Shown here: piece by piece, positions 43,905 through 55,700 of the stretch
Position numbering within the stretch: the first letter of the stretch is position 1
Layout of the letters: each line of letters opens with the position of its first letter
Source: Schmidtea polychroa
Taxonomy: Eukaryota
DNA: 64,000 nt
Reading direction: 5' to 3'
Assembly: GCA_044892525.1 (NCBI GenBank)
Contig: CM097885.1
Coordinates: 24,926,001 to 24,990,000, forward strand
Notes under the pieces: generated by a model
The model's input: the letters and a program-made list of their open reading frames with translations, nothing else
The model's database searches: none
Told to the model about the DNA's origin: nothing
Position numbers and translations under genes: made by a program

Positions 43905-45245
43905 GATTATTACTACTATTATTATTATTATTACTATTATACTTACGACCGGCACCGATATCACTATTATTAATATCAATCTAATCATGATTCCTATCTT
44001 GGCCCTGATTGCCATTGTTACCATTATCGACAATAATCGTTCACCAAAATCAATATTCTAATCGAAATATCGATTTAGGAATTCCCCAATGTAGAAATAA
44101 CTTCTTGATCCAATAGGAAGGATCCAAATTCCCCGAAGCTATTTTTAGTAACACCCCCCTGGAAAAATGTTAACAGTACCGAATTTGATTGGAGATAAGG
44201 GTGGAAGTATATCACCAAAACATATAAGATACCCTTATTAAATCATTAACGAATGGCGAACGTATCATCGGTTTACAAGAGAACTAAATTCCCATTACTG
44301 AAATACAAAAGATTTCTCTCATTATGATTGATAAATTATAAATGCAAACGGCTACGAACCTCAAAGGAGAAATTCTGACAAGGAGTCGTATGACGATCTC
44401 CCAAAGCTAGACTCATCCATCTCCAACCAAGAAAAACCACCCTCCAACCTTCCTGGAAATGAAAATTTGCGGTAAATAAATAAATTACCCGAACTGCATA
44501 AAAGCCGATTGTACCACTCATGACAAGCACGACCAAGGGAGAGGCAAGTAGACGAGAAACTAAGCTCGCCATTAATACCTATCACCCCGATGTACCCGAA
44601 TTCAGTGGTAATTTACTAATTTCTGGGAAATCGTCAATAATTAATAAAAAAAATTTTTTTAAATTACCAACTAGTGGTAAATAAACTATTAAAATGAAAA
44701 CTAGTTAATAAAAACAAAAGTAACCTTGAGGCAATTTTCGATCAGGGTATAGTCCTTCCAACATTAATGTCTAACTTGTGTAAAATTCTTTTTAATTTAA
44801 TTAATTAAAAATTATGTCAATAAATTAAATCGAAAATTTTATGATAAAAGTATTTATATTAACCTCAGTAGTTAAAGTAGTATTCATTTTTGTATATTCT
44901 ATCATAATGTTAATTATAAGCCACATTGGTCATGAACGGGGCTTAATATTTGTGCTGCAGATAGTTCTCAATCAAGCAACCCCAGTGAAGAGGAGGACCG
45001 ACAAACGATCACCCGGCTCCGTACGCGGTACATTTGGTACCATATCCACCGGTGGGGTCAGGGACGGGACCTGGATTGCGCAGATCGAGTAATCCGGACG
45101 GGCCCCGAAGCAGATGCCCCGGCATGGGTGAAGGTGGAGCCGGAGAATAACCGGTTGCAGGAGGCCCGAGATCAAGCGGCCTGGGATGTGGAAGCCGCTC
45201 AGATCCGACTTAAAAAGATAGAGCTGCAAATCAGGGCAGATACTG

Positions 45246-48200
45246 ATGAAAATTTTTGACAAGTTATTCGAGAGACCCGCCGTTAACCAGTGCTTAGCAG
45301 AATTGCTTCTACATAGCATTCAAGAGCACTGGCCAGAAATAAAAGAGTTTATTTCATTGGAATATCTATTAACATTTATTTCAGAAAAGAATCAGAATAA
45401 TGATGCTGAGATTTATGAACACTGGAAGAATGTTGCGAATATTATCTATCAGAATGATCCGAGAACCCATGATTATGTTAACCAACTGATATCCCGAGGT
45501 GCTCGTTGCTACGACAGAGAAAGGCATATGAATGCCATATCTATTATCTCCAAATTGACTGAAAGATCTAAAATAACGGTAATTCATGGTCAAAATTACT
45601 ATATAAATAATATTAAAAATTCTGGGTTTAATAAGGAAAATTTTTCTAATTTAATAAATGATAGATCTATTAATAACTATAAAGAAGATAAAAATTATAA
45701 AAATTGTGAAAAAAAGAATTTTTTAGAAAAAACCTATAAAAATGATAGTTTTTTATAAAAACTGTGAAAATAAAAAATATACACCTAAATATTTTGAAAA
45801 ACTATCTGAAAAGCCCGAAATTTTTAATAATCATGATCTAAATATTTTTATGAATAAGTTTATGAATAATTATTTTAAAAATAAAAAAAATGATTTTAAT
45901 ATTAAAGATAAGGATTTTGAAAAAAAGGACGAAAACCACGTTTTTAACAATAATAAATTAAATGATTTTATAAAAAATAATTTTAACAAAAATGAAAATA
46001 AAATTAAAGATTTTAATGAAAATAATTTGTTTGAATATAAATATAAGTTTATACCCCATGATACTGATGAAAGGCCTATACGCAGCTCGCCGGCCTGCGG
46101 CCGACTCGCAGAAAATGTCACCCCCTTTGATAAAATTGATAATAAATTTTTTAATGGTGGAGCCTCACCACAAATAATCCCAGATTGTAAAAAATCTGTA
46201 AATAAAATAGATATTGTAGCTCAAAGTGTTTTTGATACCAAAAATTATTTACAAAATATGAATATTATAGGTAACGAATTTTTTGCAGATATAACATCCC
46301 AATTTGTAAGACTTCACGATATTGACCAATCTGCCTTAAAAATAATATATAGGGATTTTTTTAATAATATTAATAATGACTATACTACCCTAATTAAAAT
46401 TTTAAAACCCGATTATAAGATAGAAAACCTTCCTTTTAACACCACCAACTTCAGATTCTTCTACCATGCTAATATGAAAAAAGAAAACGCAAACTTCATA
46501 AGATACCTAAACAATCTAAGAAATCAACTTTTTTTGATATTTATAAACAACTAAATAAGAATAATAAAACCATAAACTTTAACATCATCACAGACTATTT
46601 TTTTATACTAGGTATCAAATATAAACAATTAACCGCATTTATCTTTCCTTCACTAAATAATATTGAAAGTAAAAAATCACCCATTAAACCATCCGCCTCT
46701 TCTAAATACGCACCGCCTATTAATAAATCGCAAAATACGATAACGCCGCAACCAAATACCGATTTACCACAACCCCCTAATACAACAACGCTGATCGATT
46801 CCCCACACCAACAGACGCCCGCCACAAAACCAATTCCAAAACCGAGAAAAAATTTTCTAGCTCGCACTAACCAATCCACCAAATCAAATCTAGTATCAAA
46901 TAATGACAAACCAACATATAAAAAAGTGTATATTGATAACAACCCCAACCAAAAAAAGAACACTACTAAGCCCTTTCTTAATATAACAACAAATCCGAAA
47001 CTAAAAAATAGATACGAAGCACTCCATAACAAAACCAACTTAGATAACACCACACACCTTCTCTATCAGAATAGACCAATTACGACCAATAAACCCACAC
47101 AAAACCTTAAACTAAGCTCTCAAATCCCAACCCAAATAACCGAATTAAGCACTATCCCAAAAAAAGTCATACCTAAATACAATATAAATACTTCCAAAAG
47201 ACCACATTTTTCTGAATCTATCCCATCGACATATGACCATATTAATAAAAGACCCTTGAACCAGCTAGGGAATATCATTGCGCTAAATGACCAAACAACT
47301 AACCTAATTGACTTAGATGATCATGATGATATGAAAAAAATCCTTATCTGCTATAACCTTTCTAATGAATCATCTGGCCCACCTTCTATTAGCAATAACA
47401 CCGACGTATCCGACACTGAAATAGTTAATACCGATCTTGACATTAATGATAATAATAATCCATATCATAATCATAACGTAGATCTTGATTATAATAACCC
47501 ATCCGACTCTGAATGTAATATAATACCTGACGATCTTGCCATAAACCACCAAATCACTTCCAATGCAGAACCTGCTATACCACCTATTGAAATAATCTAT
47601 GACAAAATTGAATCCTCAACGGAAACTGCGGAGCCGGATATTGATGATATCCAAATCTCTGACTCTGAACCCTCTATAACTTCTGAGCCTTCTCTACAAA
47701 AAACGACTGAAACTATCTCATATAGCCCGCTTGAAAACACAATCAACCCTAGCTCTATGACTCCTAATAAACCGAATATTCATCCACAAATTGACTCAAG
47801 TATAGATCTTTTTGAAAACACACCCTCAAACACGCAAATAAGCACAACAAGTAGCTATACTAATCTATATGACACTAAACCCTCATACATGAATACGCAA
47901 ACATATGAAGCTTTTAATATAGTAAATAATCTAGATGTAGTAGGAAAAACAACCACAATAACACATAATAACATATTAATCCCCACCCCAATAGACGACA
48001 CCAACATTACGTGTACTAATGCTACCCCCATTATAAATAAAGCTGATCTCCAACCAATATTAGAAACAAACGAAACTGAAAAAATAAACACCCCAGTTCT
48101 AAAGCCCAATAAAGTAACATTACGCAAACTAAGAGAACCTATTTTTAAATTAAGAAGTGACGGCTATCTAATATGTTATTTTCCAAACTGTAAAGGTAAG

Positions 48201-50660
48201 ATAGGCGCTACTAGATTAGAAGACCAATTAAAACATAGACTAGAGGTACACACAACTGAAATAAACAAGTATGACACCTTCCAATGTGTTTTATGCTCAC
48301 AACGAAATACAAATATTAAATGTAACTTCTTACTGAATACTATTAACGAACACATAAATGAAACCCATAAAGACTTAGTGGTACCTTTATCTAGAGAAAT
48401 GATTAACATTAAGCTTAAAGAACATACCTTGACTATAAATGAAGAAGGTACCATAAACTGCAACAATAAAACACTAAGAAAACCATGCATAAACAAACTT
48501 ACTATTAGATCAACGCAAGATGAGATTGACAAACATATTAAAACAAAACACAAAACCAAAATATGCAACACCAACCAAATTACGTGTTACTGTGGCATGA
48601 CAATAGAAACGCACACCAAACTAGATCATTTCAATAAGCACATAGGTGTCATACCAGTAGACAAAGGTAACAATATAATTCCTGATGATATACCACTAGT
48701 AAACTCTGACTTAAACTTAGATTGACTAAATCAGCATACAATTAAACTTTACCTACTTGTTTTTGTCAAAAAATATACAACCATTATAATAGATAACTTC
48801 ATAGGCATTGCTCTTATTAAAAAAAATTTTAAAACCTTTTTTGAAACATTCCCTTTCCACCAATACCCTGACTGGAACGAAATTTTCTTTCCAATTAAAA
48901 TTGAGGATAACACATGGTCACTTTTTTACCTCAACAAATTAAAAAAAATAGCTACGCTGATAGACCCGACATGTGGACACAGCACTCTTAAACACAAATT
49001 AATTGCCGATAGCATATTAAGTACAATCCTAAACTTACAAAATATAATATCTCCAACCTCTATTACAATAACTGAACTACAATACCCGACTTGCAGCATA
49101 CAAGAGTCCAGTTTCTATATTTGCCATTTTGCACTCTGCCTAAATAACAATAGAGAAACTTTTACCATTCCAACGATAAACCACATAAGATCACAATTAA
49201 GAGAAATTATTAGTAAAATATTAAATGACAGACTACCTGATGACAACATTAATAAATATAGAAATTTCCTAACTAATCTCACTATACAAATAGATAACAA
49301 TGATATTACCCCAACACTAGGATTAAATGAGATATCTAAGATACATAATGCTCTTTTTCCAAACAAATACCCTAAACCTAATGTTATTATTAATATAAGG
49401 AAAAACACTAAAAAAAATGAACTTGTATATGAAATAAGAAATAATTATATTAAAAAGCCTAAAATAACTATTAATAAAATATTTAATAATATTACCCAAG
49501 TACAACCACCGGCTAGTGAAAAAATTACTAACAACTTTATAAAAAATTTAATTATTGTTGAGAATTTACCACTTATTGAAAATAAATATGATATAGAACA
49601 ACTAACTAATAAGATAATAACAATCAAAGAGATTAATAATAATATTAAGAAAAAGAACCTAAATTCAGCACCAGACACCGACAAAATAACCTATAGAGAC
49701 TGGCGAATAATTGACCCTGACCTCACATTCTTATGCGCTCTTTTCAATAACTTAATCCGTAACATAAAAACTCCAGATAATTGGAAATTTTTTAAAACCA
49801 AACTAATAATTAAACCACATAAAGAGAAGTTAAGTTACGATAGATCTTCATGGAGACCCCTTGCTATCTTAGATACATCTTATAGAATCTTTTCAGCGAT
49901 AATAAACAATAGACTTCTTGAATGGGTAAAGTTAAGGGGCCTTATTAGTATCAACCAAAAAGCAATAGGTATACCAGACGGTTGTTCTGAACATAATATA
50001 ACCCTCACACTAGTAAAAGAAAGAGCAATTCGCAATAATAAAGATATTAATATCATATGGCTTGACTTAGCAGACGCCTTTGGAAGCATCCCACATAAAC
50101 TAATTTGGCAAACACTGATAGAACTAGGTATTAACAACAACACGTTGAACGTATTTAAAGACCTATATAGCAACTGTAAAACACAATATGACTGTGAAGG
50201 GCAACTCACTAGCGAAATAGAAATACATAACGGAGTTAAGCAAGGATGCCCAATGTCCATGACACTTTTTTGTCTGGCAATAGACTTCATACTTAAGGAT
50301 ATACTAAATAAATTCCCCTTAATAATTAGTGAATATAATGTCAGCATATTGGCGTATGCTGATGATATTGTTCTAATATCAGACTCCAGAGATAACATTA
50401 AGGTGATATTAGAACATATAATCAACCTAACCGATAGATCTAAGCTAAAATTCAGACCAAACAAATGTGGATATTTCCAACTACTAAAAAATCATTCTGA
50501 CATCCCTCTAACAATATACGACGAAAAGATCCCGATTATAGATAGCGATAACATTTATAGATACCTAGGTGTAGGTTTTGGCGAAAAGGGAAAACACAGC
50601 ATTGATGACATTTTATCTAAAGCACTAGAAGACGCAAATATGATCTTTACCTCTGACCTA
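45246..50660 (+). pseudogene. Retrotransposon polyprotein, 5' part: N-terminal region, C2H2-like fingers, Ulp1-like domain, reverse transcriptase
   Basis: Joined by T-run frameshifts at ~45750 and ~46530 and one TGA at 48723; open from 48726 to 50660. Motifs SAPDTD, WRPLA, QKA...GCSEH, WLDLADAFGSIPH, GVKQGCPMS, AYADD and YRYLG. Confidence 0.92.
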
Positions 50661-50769
50661 AGTAGATGGATTGGGCACCGCTGGCACAGGGCACCGCTAG
50701 CACAGTACCCCCCCCCTCCCCCCCGTCGGTAAGATTTTCAAAAATATTCTAAGTCTAAAAGTACATTTT

Positions 50770-51345
50770 TTTTCAAGGTCAAATTTAAACAAAGACATAT
50801 GACTCATCAAGGTCATTGAAACAAAGACCATGAGTCATCCTATGACTCATAAAATTTTTCAAGGTCATTTAAACAAAGACCATGACTCATCCGATGACTC
50901 ATCAAGGACATTTTCAAGGTCATGACTCATAGTATGACTCATATGACCTTGAAAAAAATTTTTCAAGGTCGTATGACTCATCCTATGACTCATCAAGGTC
51001 ATTGAAACAAAGACCATGACTCATAGTATGACTCATATGACCTTGAAAATTTTTTTCAAGGTCATATGACTCATCCAATGACTCATCAAGGGCATTTTCA
51101 AGGTCATATGACTCATAGTATGACTCATTAGACCTTGAAAATTTTTTTCAAGGTCATATGGCTCATCAAGGTCATTCTCAAGGTCATATGACTCATCCGA
51201 TGACTCATCAAATTTTTCAAGGTCATTTTCAAGGTCATCTGAGTCATCCTATGGCTCATCAAGGTCATTTTCAAGGTCACATGACTTATCCAAGGTCATT
51301 CCCAAGGTCATATGAGTCATCGCGATGACTCATCAAGGTCATATT
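50770..51345. promoter_or_regulatory. Subterminal array of TGACTCA, TCAAGGTCA and AACAAAG motifs (left arm; mirrored at ~61948-62480)
   Basis: Roughly 20 TGA(C/G)TCA and a similar number of (T/C)CAAGGTCA, counted by eye. Function is inferred only. Confidence 0.5.
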
Positions 51346-51497
51346 ATTATTTTTAAAAAATATTATTATTTTTATTATTATTTTTAAAAATATTATTATT
51401 TTATTTTTAATTTTTTCAAAGTTCCCGCCAACGAAAATTAATAATCGATAGCTCATTTTAAAGCTCAATCCAAGACCTTTCGAATGAGCTATATAAC

Positions 51498-51532
<35 letters not shown>

Positions 51533-51555
51533 ATTATTATTATTATTATTATTAA

Positions 51556-51620
<65 letters not shown>

Positions 51621-51745
51621 GTATTAATCTATATACACCGAGTCTATATACTCTGAGTCTATCCGACAAAATATTTTGTCCCCCTATGGGTAATGCTCAC
51701 AAGGGTACTGGTCACGCTCAACAAATCAACAAAACATACATTTAT

Positions 51746-52177
51746 TTAAACAATAAAATAATGTAAAATTAACAAAGGTAAACTAAATATTGATGCACTT
51801 CTATTCGCAGCATTATTGTTAGAAATTGGTAACGTTGAATTGATTTTCAGATATTCTATTGATCCTTTGATTGTTTGAATTTCTCTTAATAATAATTCAA
51901 TCTTTTTTAACAAATAATCATGCTTCTTATCAATAATCTTCATATTCTTTTTATTTTCAGTAATAGAGTTATTGAAAACCTCAATATGATCAATCAATTT
52001 AATTTTTATATTTTGTATATATTCAAATGTTAGTTCATAACTGTTTTCTAAATTCTCCAATCTTTGAGATATTCTTTTTCCTGGATGCTTTGACCATTTT
52101 GGTTTATCGAGAATATATAAAATATCCATCAACTTGGCTGTATTCGGACAAACACATATTGATTTATTAAAAATCAA
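51746..52177 (-). CDS. Unknown small coiled-coil protein with hydrophobic C-terminus (left arm); start uncertain
   Basis: 143-codon non-repetitive frame downstream of polB, identical in both arms. The listed start is TTG. Confidence 0.5.
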   Translation of the reverse strand: MIFNKSICVCPNTAKLMDILYILDKPKWSKHPGKRISQRLENLENSYELTFEYIQNIKIKLIDHIEVFNNSITENKKNMKIIDKKHDYLLKKIELLLREIQTIKGSIEYLKINSTLPISNNNAANRSASIFSLPLLILHYFIV

Positions 52178-52251
52178 AATAGAGCTTTCAAAATGTAACC
52201 ATCAAATGTATAACAATAGCATGACTAGTACCCTTTGCAACCTGTTTAAAG

Positions 52252-52312
<61 letters not shown>

Positions 52313-52320
52313 ATTATTAA

Positions 52321-52372
<52 letters not shown>

Positions 52373-52412
52373 ATTAATATTATTAATATTATTATTATTA
52401 TTATTTCATTGA

Positions 52413-52556
52413 TATAGCTGCATGCCCACTGCAGACTATATAAAACATATAGCTGCATGCTCACTGCAGACTATATAAAACATATAGCTGCATGCTCACT
52501 GCAGACTATATAAAAAAAACATATAGCTGCATGCTCACTGCAGACTATATAAAAAT
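52413..52556. repeat. 35-bp tandem repeat ATAGCTGCATGCTCACTGCAGACTATATAAAACAT; 4 copies left, 2 copies right (~60704-60773)
   Basis: Directly visible. Confidence 0.9.
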
Positions 52557-52767
52557 CACCATTAAATATAAAAAAATTATAATAAAACACCAAATACTTA
52601 AAAAATCTGATTAAAAATTTTATTGAATATGTATATATAAATACAAGTTTTATACAATATACAGGTTTTTGTACAAGTTTTTAAATAAAAGTTTCTATAC
52701 AATTTTTTATAAATCATGAAATCACTATACAAGTTTTTATAAATCAAAAATATAAAGTTTTTTCTAT

Positions 52768-55700
52768 TTAAATTTGATCTTCGTCCCATTCGCTGTCGTC
52801 AAAACTGGGACTTGGAGCTGGACCGAATTCCTCATCATATTCGCTTAATTCGTCAACTCCTAAATAGTGCCCAAATGCGTAACTTAAGTTTTTTCCTAGC
52901 CACGCGCGCTTATCATCATTATTACTTAGGGCAATTTTCGAATTTTTAAAAGTAAAAAGTTGGTGATTTCTAGTACCTATTCTAGTCTGCGGTACAGAAA
53001 TCACCTGATTTGAATGAAAGCAATTTAGATATGATTCGTGATTTATTGATGTCCCTGGTAATTTAACCCCTTTCGCTTTTACCGTTTCCTTACTACCTAA
53101 AAGACTATAACATTTAGGGCGTAAGAAAACCCATTCAGAATACCCTAATCCCTTGCTCTCATCTTTAAACTTCCCGATGACCGAGTCAAGGTTCCTACTA
53201 TACAAGGGGTGGGTTGGATCGTAATTTGACGTATCCAATAAATTATCAGAGATCATCTGAGGTAATAAAGTTGTTAATTTTAAATTTTTTATTTCCAAAA
53301 AGAAACTGTCGGTATCACCGGCAATAATATTTATGATACATTTATATTGGCGTCTGTACTTCTCCAAATCAATATATTGGAGCTGGTACATCCGCAGTTT
53401 AGACAGATCTAGTACTGTTTGACCAATGTAGCTAGGTCTGTCTAAACAAATCACATCTTTTTCCAAATGTGCCGCAATCAGATCTTGATCGATTCTTATG
53501 GACTTTCTGAAAGTCGGCTTTGAGGAGTATACTATCATCTTTTCGGATGAATTACACAACCTCAAATTCATTCTTTTTTTCAAATTTTCAACCGATTTAC
53601 CGTAAAGAGAGTTATTATACAATTTAAACAAGTCCCTATATATCTCACTAGTAGACTGAGATCGTAAAGTGGTGTTGGTGTCTATGTAGGATTTAAAGAT
53701 AGGTCCTTGTTTAAACTTTATACACCTATGAATATTTACAACAACCGCACCTAATTCTATATACAATTTGAGAAGCCTCCAATGAAGAACATAGTTCCTC
53801 TTTGGCCAATGCGTAAGCATAAGCTTCTCAACTTTTGAATTAGGCGGGCACAACTTTTCCGGCGCAAGCGGAAAATCATTCAAAAAGTCATGCACACATT
53901 CCGGAATATCGATATCGACCTCCATAGTATACCCATATGGAAGGTTATCAATATCCGTGTTCATACATTCAAGTAAAACATCATTCAAGTTATTATTCAC
54001 CCAAGAAAAATCACCATACGGAAGATTTTGGCTAAGAGCCCAACCATACAGATTATTTATATCAATGTACAATAATTCTGTATCATCTGAAGTAGCCGTG
54101 TAATGTTTGTTAACAAATGTTAACCCACCCCGGATACCTCCCTCATAGAAATTATACATTTCCATGTCCTGCAGAAGTTCTATTGGTTCCGTTAATGTCA
54201 TAAGCGCTGAGGCCCATGACATACCGGGAATCCCGTAGAAATTAAGAGGATCCAGACCATTGTAAGCAATTGCCTTACCGCGGAATTGCTGAAAATAATC
54301 TGCGAGGAGGTATACGTCCAATTTTAGGTAGATTAACATATAATCTAACAAATTATTACAGTTATGCTGACTCCAAATTAGTTGAGCCTCAGCGTACTGA
54401 TCTTCCGTAACATCAGACCAAATAGGAGGTAATTCTAAAGTCGATTCAAGAACATCTAAAGAAGTGGCGAAATTATATGGAAAGATACCTTTAGAGTGAA
54501 TCATCGACCCTTGAAAGACAGACGAAGTCAAAGGAAAAGTAGTTAAGGTTTTCACAGCTTTTGCTAAAGAACAATTAACAAATTGCATGCTGTCAATAAA
54601 ACGAACAGGCAATTTGTTAATATATGCAATTAAAGATATAAATTTTTCTGTAGAGGTAGGTATAATATTAAGTTCCCAAAGGGGAAAATCACTGAGACCA
54701 TGTTTTAAAATATGGTGGAGGTCATAGCCTCGTAAATTATGAAAGACAACAGGTAACAATTTATTAATCCTGCGAGAGACATTGCATTTCCTACATGCCG
54801 CTCCGACATATCTACCTGTAAAATGGCAATGATCTCTCACAGGATTAATAATAGATTTTTTACACAAATAACAAATAGTGGAAGATCGAAAGGCACGCTC
54901 CTGAGCAAAAGACAAAGTAGACATACCTTTACGACCTTCAAGATCATAATATGGCAGGACAATTGTGACAGCAATTTCCTCCACTTTCCTCAAAAAATCC
55001 AAAATACAATTAGGTCCAAAAAAATAATAATAAAATTTAGTGTGTGTATAATTATTAATTAATAAAAGACCTGCTGATATGGGTAAATGTATTTGATGAT
55101 ATGTTTCATGTTCTGGTAAAACCGATTCAAAATCGGCATAAATTACGAAGGGAGGTGTAACTGTTTTCGCGTAATCTGTGAATAATAAATCTTTATTTTT
55201 AGGAAGTGTATACAAAGTTGTGCCAGTCTGATTTTTACAGCATAGAGCAACATGCTGATCGAAAGCATTCTTATATCTAAAGCCATTTAAACAATGAGGG
55301 CACCAGTTACACCTTATTTGAACATTTACATTTTCATTTTCATGACAATTCATTAATTTGTCCAAGTCTGTCACGGCTGTATAATGATATTTATCTTTAT
55401 TACTCAAAAGTAATAAATAAATTGGTCTACCGTCTATAACCTTGGAGCGATGTACTATATTAAGATGAGGGTGGTGAGCTACATAATCCTCAGAAATATC
55501 TAAATCAGAACTGGCTGGATTATAAGACAGAACGTTTATGCTCAAGTTTAAATCTCTATTTTTTCTTTCAAATTTGGGAATGTTGCATAGCCTCATCGGG
55601 CAATCAGTGTCTTCGTCATAATTTAATAGAGGTAAAAATTCTATATATTTGGCGGCTCTTTGGTGATTACGACCTATTTCTTCTCTTTTTAAAAGTGCAA

